Assembly (NCBI GenBank): GCA_905178155.1
Contig: CAJINV010000017.1
Span: forward strand, 240,722 to 304,721
DNA from: Amoebophrya sp. A120
Taxonomy: Eukaryota; Protista; Dinoflagellata
Direction: 5' to 3'
DNA length: 64,000 nucleotides
In this document: positions 34,776 to 46,900 of the stretch, one piece after another
Position numbering within the stretch: position 1 is the stretch's first letter
How the letters are laid out: every line of letters starts with the position of its first letter
Translations under genes and position numbers: made by a program
The notes under the pieces: model-generated
Told to the model about the DNA's origin: nothing
The model's database searches: none
Seen by the model: the letters and a program-made list of their open reading frames with translations, nothing else

Positions 34776-36219
34776 GGTGAGGCAAGGACTTTTCCATTTG
34801 CTTTACTGCTCAATAAATAATGAACACCTGCTGAAAGATAGACAAATGCTGGATGACGCACCATCACTAGGAAGGCGAAATGTCTAGCGCGCACCTGTTA
34901 AGTTTTTTTTTGGGTCTTTGCCCGTGACCGTACGCATTCGCGAGTATGATGCAGAACCTAAGCCAAGTAGGATCTGGATCATTATCACCATGTACAATTT
35001 CATCAGCTTTTCTCAATTTCCTTAAACTGTCAATAGACAGTTCATCAATTTTCTCCGTTTAATTTCAAGCTTGAGCCGCATACGTACCAATCCTAAATGG
35101 ATTAGCAATTATGTCTAAGAATCAGCAAAAACCTCAATCTGTGACGCGTCAGCACTTTTGTGACATTTAGAAGTTTTAGCCGTAGCCTGAGCCTGGTACT
35201 GTAGAATTTATCGCCTTTTCTCATTTGCGTTAGTTTTGTAGCAGTGTTTCAGTTTCTTTGTTTCTCTGTATGATTATGAATCAGGAGTTGGTAGTACCGC
35301 CGTCAATGAGTCATGCTCATGTGCGGCAATGATTGACAACGACATTTTTTGACGGTTCAAGAACGTCGTAGGCTCAGGAGCTTTGTTATGACCGATTTGC
35401 TTGTGGGCATACTTTTTGATGGTGCTGGGCGCATGCCCAGAAACAGAATACGATTCGAGGGCCCAAGTCAGTGTAGGAACATGAAGATCTCAAGTGAGTC
35501 CAGGGTGAAGAGATCAAGATCTGTACGATTAAGAGAAGTGGCCAGCAACCTTGAAAGAGGTGGCCCTGCGCTTGCGCTTCCGTTACTTTTGATTCGATTG
35601 CCTGCTGCTTGCATATCCATCATGATATTGAAGACGGAGGGTTTCAGAGACGAGATTGATTGATGATGAGGCAAATTGAAGTTGAGTTTTGGCAGCACGC
35701 TTGCCCTATGCAGCACCTCGTGCCATCAAGGATGGATGTCCTGGACGCGTGCTTGTTTTGTTCTCTCTCTTGCAAAAACGCAACACGGTCCCGCCATGCA
35801 AAAACGCAACTACTACAAGGTTTCTTTACCACTATCAGGTATTTTTTGTTTGAGTTTCGTCAATGTCATCTGAGTGCGCCATGAGATATGAGGGTTCAAA
35901 GGAGCACAAAGCGAAGCAAATGCAAAGGAACCGTTGTTCACCTCCTGCTCTTGGTGCAGACTTCTCTATAGTATTTCCTTCTGATCGTCTTATTTGCCTT
36001 ATACCTTCTCTGGTTGTTCTTAAGCTTACATTCTTGTAGAGTGTCATAAAGTTAAAAGATTTCGCCTTGTGTGGCGCTCGATACAATGCCAGCAGGCTTG
36101 CTGTGGAACTGTTTTTTGTCCGCTCCGCCAATGCTCTACAACTACAGCTGAGTTGTGCCACTTTCGTCCAAGCATTTTCTCACTGCGTGAAGAAGTTTTT
36201 ACCTAAAATTTTGTAGAAA

Positions 36220-39200
36220 ATGTCGTCCTCCGCCGTAAACCGTTCCACGCTGTCGACCTCGATTCTGCACAACGAAAGTTTATCGGACGTGCTCGGCACA
36301 CTACGCAGCGAGCTGGACAAGTTGAAGGAGCGGTGTCGCGTAGAGAAAAAACGAATCAACACGACGTTCGGAGGTGGTAGTGCTGCCGCTGAAAATGTTG
36401 TCGGTAGTTCGTCCTCTACACGCGGTTCATTTCTCACAGAGGAACGACGGCGAGAAAGAAACGAAGAGCATCATCAAGATGGTGGCCGTCCTAGAGAATC
36501 AAGCGATGAGTATTTTGGCGGGCTACTTGCCGGGCCCAGTGATTCCGGTCACCGAGGAGGAGCTGTGGCTTCGTCGCGGGGAACAAGGGAACAAGTCGAT
36601 CTGTTTGATCGGAATTACGAGGAAATGAAAGTCGCTGCGGCAGCGAGACGAGCAGGACCTACTAGTGGTGCACATCAGAGTTCTTACCGAGAAGATCTAG
36701 ATCGTGAGCAGTACGTTGGTGCGCAAGACGCACGGGCAGGAGAACAACCATGGGCACAACCGTTTTCCGCACATAATCCAGAGGAAAACGATTATCCGCA
36801 GTACAGGTCCTCTTCCTCCTCCGCGTTTCTATTTGAAAATGACCGCCCTGTCCCGGTTCTCCGCAAACCAGTCGCCGTCACGCCCACCGCGTACGCCAAA
36901 ATGAATAGTTACGATAGCGTGCGAAAAGAAGCTTTGGCTTTTCAGGCCGCGCGGAAGAACTTGAATACGAAATTTGACGACTACCAGACGGAGCGGGAAA
37001 GAAGAAACGAAATCGTCGCCCGTTCGCCGTTTCCAAAGCTGATGACAAGTTTGATGGAAGACGATGTTGACGTTGGGCCAGCGCCGTTGGAGGAAGAAAA
37101 ATACGATAGCAATGGGCGAAACAAGACTAGCGGTACTAAAGGTTTCTACTCACTTCTGTTTGAATATGCATGGTGTTGTGAGATTACGCATAGTTTTTTT
37201 AAATTGATTCATAAAAAAATCTCCGAACAAACATCGTGGATCACGACGGTATGACGACCAAAGGCCTGACTTTCGCAGCAGTCACGCACAGATGTATTTT
37301 TGTAATCAACATATTAGGGTTGCGCGACGGATTTCTCGATGACAATGACCTGGATTTGGTGCAAGAACTGCAAACGGCCATACCCGAAAGCGATAACTTC
37401 GACCTGCAAACGAGAATGTTAAAAAGCAGTGGAACGCAGATCGGCGGTAATATACAGCGGGACACGACAACAACTTTTTTTAATTGGTTTTTATCGTTTC
37501 TACCTATGTTTTTTCTTTAGCGCCAGTGTGGTGCACCTGGGTGATGTAGAAGTTGTATTCACCTGTTGCACCGGTTGTATTGAATACGTTGCATGATCCT
37601 CTTCAGCACCTGGTGCACCACAAGAACATGAAGCATAGCGATTGCTGCAACGCTCAGAATGCAATACAGATTCGCTCCTCGGAATGGATCGGTGGCCATC
37701 CTCGAGTAGAACTGCGAATGGACCAGTCGCGCCGTTGTTCAGCCGGGAGCAACGTCCTGTATCTTCTCGCCATGGTAGTAACCCGCGTAGCGGAAGTAGA
37801 GGAGACCATGGGCCGCTGTCGAACCAGCTGCCTATCCGCGAAGGCAGATTTCCATCAAGCGATGCGACGTCGATACGAGTGGGAAATAAATCCACGAAAG
37901 TTCCTCCCGTGTGGATCACAGATCGCCCGCCCGTACGCGCTGCGAGCGGTGGTGCGGGAGTGCGCGGCAGTACGGAATGTCACACGTAGTTGGTTTGTGT
38001 TTCATCAGTCGTATTGATCTAATAGTGTGCTTGAGCATTCTTGAAGTTTTGTTGTTGCAACTGTAACTTTCATAGCTGCGTGGTGCATAACCTAATGCCC
38101 GATGCTATTACCGCGTGTGCAGGAAATAACAAGCTTGTAGATGATGGTAGCACCGTGCAAGAGATTATGCACAATGGTGTGGGCAGCCGCCGCCGCAACT
38201 GAACAAAATAATGTATTGCATGCCGCTGTGGATAATGTTATTCGGCGTGGCTGTATCCAGTTTCATTTATCAACGAAATATGTTTATTTTGTTTTTATTG
38301 GGTCTGGCGTAACGATAACCAAACGACGATAAGCAGAAGCGCATACCAACAATTTTTGTTTATTCCATACGAAACAAAAACCGGTCTTCCAGCACCGGTG
38401 TCAGTGGGCGGTACCGGACAAGCGGAGCTTTGAACCAGCAAAAATGGTCCGTCAACGGACGAGTAGCTCCGCAAGGAACATCAAATCACAGGACAACTAC
38501 ACATCACGCTGGTGTCGGTGCGCCGCAAGCAAGACCTGGCGCCGCGACGGCAGCTTCGACAATGCGACCGCGTTCGCTGTCTTTCGCCAGCAGCGCGCCA
38601 GGAGGGGGATGTGGACAACATCTACTGCAAGCAGGCGGCGCAAAAAGATCCGCTGCGATGCCAATCGTGCCTGCGCGCCCACCAGCGAGTGCTTCCAGTA
38701 CTGCTAGCGCCGGAGGCGGCGCACAAATAAATGGTGGCGCAGCAGCTGCAAATGGTGCAAGTAGAGCCGCTGCGGCATCACATGCAAAAACGCAGCAGCG
38801 CGGAGCACGACAGGAATTGCACCCAACATCAGCTGCTGGTACTACAAATACGGGAAGAAATAAAGTTCCAAACAAATCACTTGAAAATTATCCACCATCC
38901 GCCTTGACTTTTCACCAAAAGCGAAGTACCAGTCTCGGCACCGACACGATGAATTCTGCGTCCGAGCGGGAGCAGATTTTCAAGCAGGAACTGCAGCAGG
39001 AAATGCAAGACGACGAGGACAGTCTGTTGGCCGCGAAAATGCTAAACACGCAGGAATCGAAAGCGGAATTCGTGGAAAAGCTCGTGCACGACGAGATCGG
39101 GCATCTGTGGTCGGCTATCGCGGAACTGAAAGCGGAGAATGGAGTGTTGAAAAAAGCAATTTCCAACACCCCGGTTGCGAGTAGGAGAATATGCATTGCA

Positions 39201-39671
39201 AATATGTCTGGGTCTGGAAGAATTCGAATTTGTGATGCGAAGTCTACATCATGACAAAATCTGTCATGCATGGCTAGCAAAAGGCCCCAGCTCTTGTTAC
39301 CGAAAGGGGATTTGTCATGCGGATTGGGCATTGGGGTACCATACCTGCTCAAAATCTGTGGTGCTATCGCTCGCATGCGAGACGATCTAGGTCAGGCAAA
39401 AACTGCATTACAGATCTCGCATTCTTCCAGACCCAGACATTTTTGCACTTGATAGAGAAGTAACGCCAACAACTTTCTCAGAAGTAGTACCGCCGGTCAC
39501 CTCCAGAGTGCCGGTGCTGTTCACGGGACAACTGGGAAGATGAAATTCACACCAGCAGCAAGAGGGGGTAGTTCTGGCACTACGCATCCGGTGTGGACCA
39601 GCAACACAATTGGAGTCGGTGGCGGGCCGCGGAGAGCAACAACCCCCAGCAGCGTGTTGACGTGGAGGTGA
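36220..39671 (+). CDS. Low-complexity protein with short coiled coils; multi-exon, possibly two genes, 3' end uncertain
   Basis: In-frame GT-AG introns 37133-37317 and 37447-37669. Junction at ~37985-38390 unresolved. Introner at 39190. TGA 39669-39671 overlaps a possible GTGAGT donor. Confidence 0.5.
37134..37313. mobile_element. Possible decayed introner now bounded by GT-AG
   Basis: TAC…ATA ends, weak residual IR (ACTTCTGT vs reverse complement ACATCTGT), flanks AGCGG/TTAGG. 185 nt restores frame. Confidence 0.45.
39190..39454. mobile_element. Introner, family B
   Basis: TATGCATTGCAAATATGTCTGGGTCTGGAAGAA … TTCTTCCAGACCCAGACATTTTTGCACTTGATA. Perfect TSD GAGAA. 270 nt. Confidence 0.93.
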
Positions 39672-40659
39672 GTCGTTTTGCTGGAGGATATATGAGAAAA
39701 AATGTGGCTGTACAACAAGCAACAAATTTGTCTTGCTTCATGTGCTGGTATGAAACAAGTTCTTTGAGTGAAACAAAATGATTTTGGGGATTGTGGTGCT
39801 ATACTGCAGTTCAGTGCTTACATTACTTTTACGACTCGAACTCGCATGTGATTTTTTTTGAAATAGGTTTTGCATGGAGGCAGTGTTTTTCGTCTTCAAC
39901 TCCGAGTCAGTTCTTGTTCTTATCTTCTAGCGTGCGCCGTAAGGAACCAAAGACAAGATTTTTGTTGGTTCTGCCCTGTCTCTTTTCTTCTCACGATGTT
40001 CACGATGGGACTGACCAGCAGCACAGAGAAAGCCTTCACAAGCGACCCTGACAACAATTGCGAGAGAATATACGTAAGAGAAAACCTAGGGCACCATCAT
40101 CAAACCGAGGGTTGAGAGTAGATGAGGAAGGTACTTCCAAGTAGGCTTGAGGATTACGAAGGTCGTGCTAGGCGCACTCAACACGTGTTGAGCGCGCCTA
40201 ACATGAGCTTTGCATTTTAAAATCAGGTAGAAGTGTAACTTGGTGACTTTCTAGTTCCACTAGAGTAGGACGAAGCTGTTGCAAGATTTTGGTTTACTTG
40301 AGAGCCACCAGGCGCAGCCACGCACCACGAAGATCACGAAAATAAAGATCACTGGTCTACTGTAGTGCGCCGGCGCTGAGAGGAGGCGACTCTGTACTTG
40401 TATTTTACTTTGGAGCTTACATTTTGTTACCGCAACCGCACTATACAACTGTACTGAAAGTTTGATGGCCTTCTTCGATCGCGAGACCGGAGTTCTACTT
40501 CATCTTGTTGTAGATGGAAGGAGGTCCCCCGTTCGGTCTCTCTTCTCACCGTCTTCTCAACGAAGCTTGCTTGGAAGCTTCTGCTGACCTCCAAAGAACC
40601 AGGTTTTTTTTGCAACGACCTCCCGGAAGAACCGCTGCTGATGGGAGATTCTGTTTGCA

Positions 40660-40911
40660 TATGACTTGCTCAAATGTTACAATCTCAAACGTTACAATAG
40701 AATCTGAAATTTGTGTTGCATGATGAGCATGACAGACTCGCAGAGCGTTCCACCTTTTGCAATACAAATTTCGCCAGATTGTAGTGGGGTTTGGGGCTTC
40801 GGAACTTGTCATGCGCAATCCTATGAGAGTTGGCTAGAACATGCGCTCTTGCATCACAGATTTCCAAATTTTATTGTAACGTTTGAGATTGTAACAGCTG
40901 AGCGGGTTATA
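40660..40911. mobile_element. Introner-type element, family E, upstream of the giant gene
   Basis: ~39-nt TIR with core TGTTACAATCTCAAACGTTACAAT. Perfect TSD TTGCA. Confidence 0.92.
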
Positions 40912-40931
40912 TTGCAGCACGCAAGTTTTTA

Positions 40932-43900
40932 ATGCGGGACCCTCTGAGGAATCTAGTCTCGACGTCGCGCGGGGACCACTTCGGGTGCTCGAAGGGCAGG
41001 GAGGAAGAGTTCGGTCGGTTTTTTTACAGAAGGAAAAGAAGGCGAGGCCACGGTACGATCGTGCGGGTGAGAGAGAACACGGAGGCCTGCTCCTGCAACA
41101 GAAAATGCAGGGCGAGAGTACCAGTCGAAGAAGGAAAAGATGTAGAAGAACCACCGATTTTACTGGACCAGCAAATAGACCACGACTTCAGGCGCACATG
41201 CAAAGATGCAGCAGAAGTGCGGGGTCGCGAGAGAGAGAAGCAACATTACCACCTCCTGCACCGGGAACGCAGAAGAGCATCGGAAACAATTTCATCACAT
41301 GACGATGAAGAAGATAAAAACCCAGAGCGAACTGACGCAGAGCGATTTTCTTCGGGAAACAATCCGATGCAAGAGCTCCGGACGGACGCAGATTTGGAGC
41401 CGCAACATCATCATGCGCGCTTCGGATCATCGTTTTTGCAGCGAGCAGACAATTACTACAAGCGCAGGCGGAGACGAAGAAGGAGCAGACTTTGTTGGGG
41501 CAGAACAGAAAAAGATTTCGTCGGAATAATAGCCATGTTTGCGCAGTTTGTCGCCCAGGTTCTGTTGTCCATTTTTTTCAAAAGCGTGAACCTCCACAAC
41601 TTTCTCCCCTGGACGAAAATTGATCCGCCAACAGCAAGTAGCAAAATTGCGACTAGAGTTATGATGCTGTTCAGCCTCGCTGCCTCTCTTGTCCACGCCG
41701 TGCACTATTCCGCGCCGCACAGCAGCAACGAAGACCCTTTCGACCGGTACGAGGCCAGTGTCGTGAAGGACGGCACCACGGACCCGGCCCTCGACCCCTA
41801 CAGCTCGGATTCCTACCAGCTGCAAGCGGGCAACCGCGGGTTCGGGGTGCAGTTCGATGGGAGCGGCGTGTTCGAGTTGAAGGAACATTTTCCAAACGCT
41901 CTGATCAACGAGTGGTCTGCGGAGCTGAAGTTCAAGTACGCTCCGACCTGGCTGCAGGAGATATCCTGTGCAGAGTATCGTACTCGTAGTGCAATCATGC
42001 ATTGCAAATCTTTTCCTCAGGTACATTAGCATTACAAATTTCTGATGCTAAAATTTGTAATGCATTTAAATACGAGTACGATACTTTTGCAATTCATAGG
42101 AGAAGCAGAGCGACAACTTCCGGATGAAGCAGCAGATCCTGCTCCAGAAGGGCAACGCGTTCCAGATCGCGTTACGGAAGCACGAAACGCGCACGGATGT
42201 GGCGTTTCCGGTGGTGAGAATAAAGTTCAACCCTTATCGGGACGTGAACGACCCTATGAAATGCAAAAATGTCTACTGGGTCTGGAAGAATACAAACTTG
42301 CGACGCACATTTCATCAGAACACAGAAAATTCTGTCATGCATAGGCAGCAAAAGTTGCCCACTTTGTGTCACCAAAATCAGGGATTTGTAATGCGGATTC
42401 GGCATTGCGAACGCTTCTCGAGACCTGTGATGCTAGAGCTTCCATGCCAGACCTTCTGTGTGATGCAAAAACAGCATGACTCTTCCAGACCCAGATGACA
42501 TTTTTGCACTTGATAGACCCCGACGCGAACAGCGTAGCGGCGATCGACCAGCAGTCGGAGTACAACCAGGGGCGGTGGGAGTCGGAGTTTGAATCGCGGC
42601 GGTGCGAGCTCCGGTCCTTTCAGATGCAAGATTTGTTCATCTCCTTTTCCGAGCGGGAAATCTTCATCCAGACCAACAAGACCTCCAGCTGTCGGGAAAC
42701 GTTCCGGAATTTCGCCGACGGGAATAAGTATGCGATCGCGAGCGCGGGTATCACCCCGTTCGCGGATGGGTACAGTGTGCCGAATAACAAACTTGTCGTC
42801 GGGAGTAGCAGCTCCGCGGGCTGGCTGTTGGACGATTTCCGGTTCGGCCTAGACTACCTCGGCGGCAACACGGAGGGAGGAATCAAGGGGTTCAACGACT
42901 TCAACTCGGTCCTGCACTACACTTTCGACGAGGGCAGTGGGAACATTGCCGTCGACAGGTTGAATTACCGGAAACTTTTCTGGACGAACGTGAGAACACC
43001 GGGCGGAATGACGTACACCAGTACGACAAGGCCGACTTGGAAGCTGTTGGACTTGATAGAAGAAACGCCACTGATTCTGAAAAGAGATGGGTTCAGGAAC
43101 ATCATCAGACTAAACTCCACTCAGCAGACCGACTTTGTCACCACGACGCAGACGCAGAGCGGCATAGGGCAAAACGCGATCATAAATCCGTTTTTGGAAA
43201 CCAGATTCTACATCAACGAGCTCCCGGGGGACGATTTTGTCGACGCGTATGAGCTGCCGGGGTGCAGCACGGTGGGGTCGAAGTACGGATTGGAATCGCT
43301 GAAGAAGGTGTACCACAGAACGTTACTGTCAAACGGTATCAGGTGTCTGCTCATCGTCGTGAACGAGGAGAACATCAAAAACCGCGGCACGACCACAACG
43401 ACAACGCCGCAGCCACGGCAAATCTACTCCTTCCTCGACAACAACGTGTACAAAACGAACGTGACGAATTTGGGCGTTTTGACAGACAACAAAGTTTTCA
43501 CGAACCCAAGCGCGGAGTTGGTCATAGGCCCGAACGGGACGACGGTGTACAAGGATTTACAAGTAGTCGACGACCTGACTTTTCCGGTCTCCGTGGATTT
43601 GTCCACGGCGACGAAGTCGCCGCAGGAAAAGCAGGGCTTTGACTTGATCCAGTCGGTGACGCAGGAGATCACAGGTTTGGTCCTGAAGTACTCCGTTTTA
43701 GACGCGTCTTTGCAGAAACACAGCAATCCGGCGGTGTTGAAAATCACGATTCCGGCGCGGGAGTTGGCGTTTCAGTCCGCAAGGTACGCGTGGGACGACA
43801 AGGGTGTCGAGGGGTTCAAGAAGTGCGAGCCCTGGGACATCGGGAAGACGACGATCGCCGCGGCGGTGGGCTTCGACAGCGTGGACCGGTGTAAGGCGGA

Positions 43901-46900
43901 GTGCGACGCGTACTCGTTGAAAAACGCGAGAAAGAAGTACAGCGACTGGAACCCGAGCTCCGCTTCCTCCTACGGCCGGGACCCGGCGGCGAACTTGGCG
44001 CTGTCGACACCCGCGTGTTTCGGGATCACGTACTTCTCGAAAGATAATCCGTTTGCGGAGACCATCCAGCCGATCGAGACGGACACCTACAAAAACAGTT
44101 CGGTGAAGCTGGCGTTTGCTTCGATAGGAATCAGCGAGCCGTTTGTGTTAGATACCGCGTCGGGGGACGTTATGACGAATTTGAACGCGACGGAGTACGG
44201 GAGTACAGTGCCCTATGTGACCGTGCAATTCTACATCAGCACGGGGCAAACAGTGGAAGATTTGAGTGTCGCGAACTTGCAAGCCCAAGCGATCCGGTTT
44301 GAAATTGAAGTCATGTCGCCGACGGCGGACACGGTGGATGTGTACTTCAACACAAAACCAGAGGACGCAGCACCGCAAATTATTAACGGCACAACAATAG
44401 CCACCGCCGACGCGACGATAACAACTTCTGGTGCCTCGGAAACAGGTTTGATTTTCCAGTCCTTCTCCACCGGGGGTGCTTTTCCCCCGGGGTTTCACAA
44501 CGTAACCTTCTCGACCACGGCAACGAGTCCGAACATTAGGTTCGGGGACTTGAGAGTTTTTTCCGCCGACAAGAACCTGGCCTGGTTTGTCGACAGCAAG
44601 ACGAACGACGCCAGTAGTCGAGAAATTCTCAAATACGAACAAGACCCGTCCTTCAACTACACGACCAATTTTGCGGACAAGCAGTCTGAGCTCTTCAAGT
44701 CCGTCCGCTGTTTTCTCGCAACTACCCCCTGCACCAGCTACAGTTTCTCGCCCGAGGGCGGCCAGGTGTTCGAGAAGAAGCTAGTCAAAGATCGCGGCGT
44801 CACCCTAGACTGGAGGAAGAACTACCAGAGATTCGACTACGTGATGCGGAAAGTACCGATGTTGTGGGACAACATCACCCAGGCGGAAATGCTCTACTGC
44901 CCCGAGGGGCTGGGTAGTTGCGATCCGATGGAAGAGGAGTTTTCGCCTCTAGCCTACTTCGCCCGGAACTACGACTACCAGCAGATCAGCTACGGGCAGA
45001 TGGGGGCGATCACCGACGTGGATCCGACGCACATTCTGCAAGCCACGGCGGACCGGTCGGTGGTGTTGACGGTCGACGGGATGGGCGCGACACCGTTGGA
45101 GTGCGTGTACAACAACATCAAATCTGGGCACCTTGCGAACGTCGTCTCGGATTACAGCGTTTCGAATTTGGTCTCAGCTGATTCCTTCGGCCGGAGAAAC
45201 TACCACCGACAGCCGAGACGGGTGGAGTGTCTGGTTCCTGGCGACCTGATCATGGAGATCGAGACCGCGTTTCTGATGCTGTCTTTACAATCGCCGAACG
45301 CTACCTGGACCTCGAACCAGCTGAAGGTGCGGATCATGCGACAATCGTTGGATTTGCAGCACGCGGGGTCCGTTGCGGCGGCGATGATGGGCGGCGCGTG
45401 GGTCACGAGCTTGCTGCCGATTTTGCGAGGCTCGGAGACGAGAGGCGATGGCTCTGCGGAGGGGCTTTGGAAAAATTTCGGCGGGGAAAATGCGTACTGC
45501 CGGGTGGGGTCGAGTTCTGTGGAACAGAGGATACACTTCGTCGGCGGGAAAATGTACTGCGCAGTGCCTCATTTCTACACGGTCACCGCGACGAATCTGA
45601 AGGTGTCCGTCTCGTTAGACAGAAAGCTCTGGACGCCCTCGGACGGGATCGACTCTCTCGTGAATTCGTTCCTGACCATCGACGAGAAGCAGCAGGGCCA
45701 GCATGCGAGTTTGGAACTGCTGCAAATAACCCCGATCGCCGGTGTCGCGGGGCAGCGGGTGATTGTGCGCGGCAAATGGCCTTTAGCGCACTCCACGGGT
45801 GACGGAACGAAGGAGGCGCTTGCTCTGGTTGAGTCCGCGTCGAAATTCAACACGCTGAAGGACTTCCCGACTGTGGCCGGGTGTGCTTTTGGCGATATTA
45901 TCGTCCCTGCCTCGATCATGAATTCCACGGCAGTGGTGTGCCGCGTGCCGGAGATTTCTAAGAGTTTCAGAAGCGAAACGGCCGGCGGGTACCACAAGGT
46001 CATGGTGGGGATTGTTCTCACCCAGTCCGACACGAACGTGTTCTATGGCCGGAACACGATTCTGACCTTCAGCTACTTCCCAAGGTTGACCGTTCTCGGC
46101 GTTTCCCCGATGTACTCGACGATAAAAGTGGACCAGAGCTCCAACGTGACGCTTTCGTTGAGCAACAGCTTCGCGAGAGACTCCTTCCGGATCTACTGTA
46201 ACTTTGGGTCGGATTTTTTCATGCGGGTGGAAGCAGTCGCGTACGGGAGGAAAGTAACGTGCCGGATTCCAGCGCCGACCGACATGTCGATAACCCGGTC
46301 AGCGGAAACCAGGGACGGACTTTCACACACGGTGCTCCTGTCCTTGTCGTTGGTGTCGATTTACGATCTGGGGTCTTTGGGAGACCCAGATGATCCGTAT
46401 TCTTATTGAGGGCAAAAGTAATATCGCACTCGTAGTGGTACTAGGACTAGCGGAGTTGCAATATTGCAGCGCGCCAAATTTTATTTCGTAAAAAATCAAT
46501 TTTTTTCCCGTGAAGAAGAAGGTTCTGCATTCGAGTTTCATCATCAGATCCAGCTCCAGAACCAGTGCGATGTATCAAACTTTCTCATCGCATAAAGACG
46601 ACGCTCCCACGCTGACTGTCTTCCCGGAGCACAAATTTACCTACGTCCCCGAGCTGAAAGTGCGGAGCATTCAGTACTTCTTGAAGTCACTGGACATCGA
46701 AAGCACGGAGCACCAGCAGCTGCACCGGTTGCGAAAATCCAGATCCGTGGTTGTCTTGATGGACGCGGCGAGCAAACAAGTGACCGAGAACGGTCAGCAG
46801 TTCGACATCGTCTGCCGGTTCGGCCCCAGTCTGACCCGCGACGCCATCTGGACTGCGAACACGTGGGCCCAGAACCACGGGTATTACGCTGTGGCGTGCG

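Noticed and set aside
34910-35720. Minus-strand peptide LRKLRKADEIVH faintly resembling a GMP synthase C-terminus
   Set aside because: Too short and surrounded by stops; likely chance.
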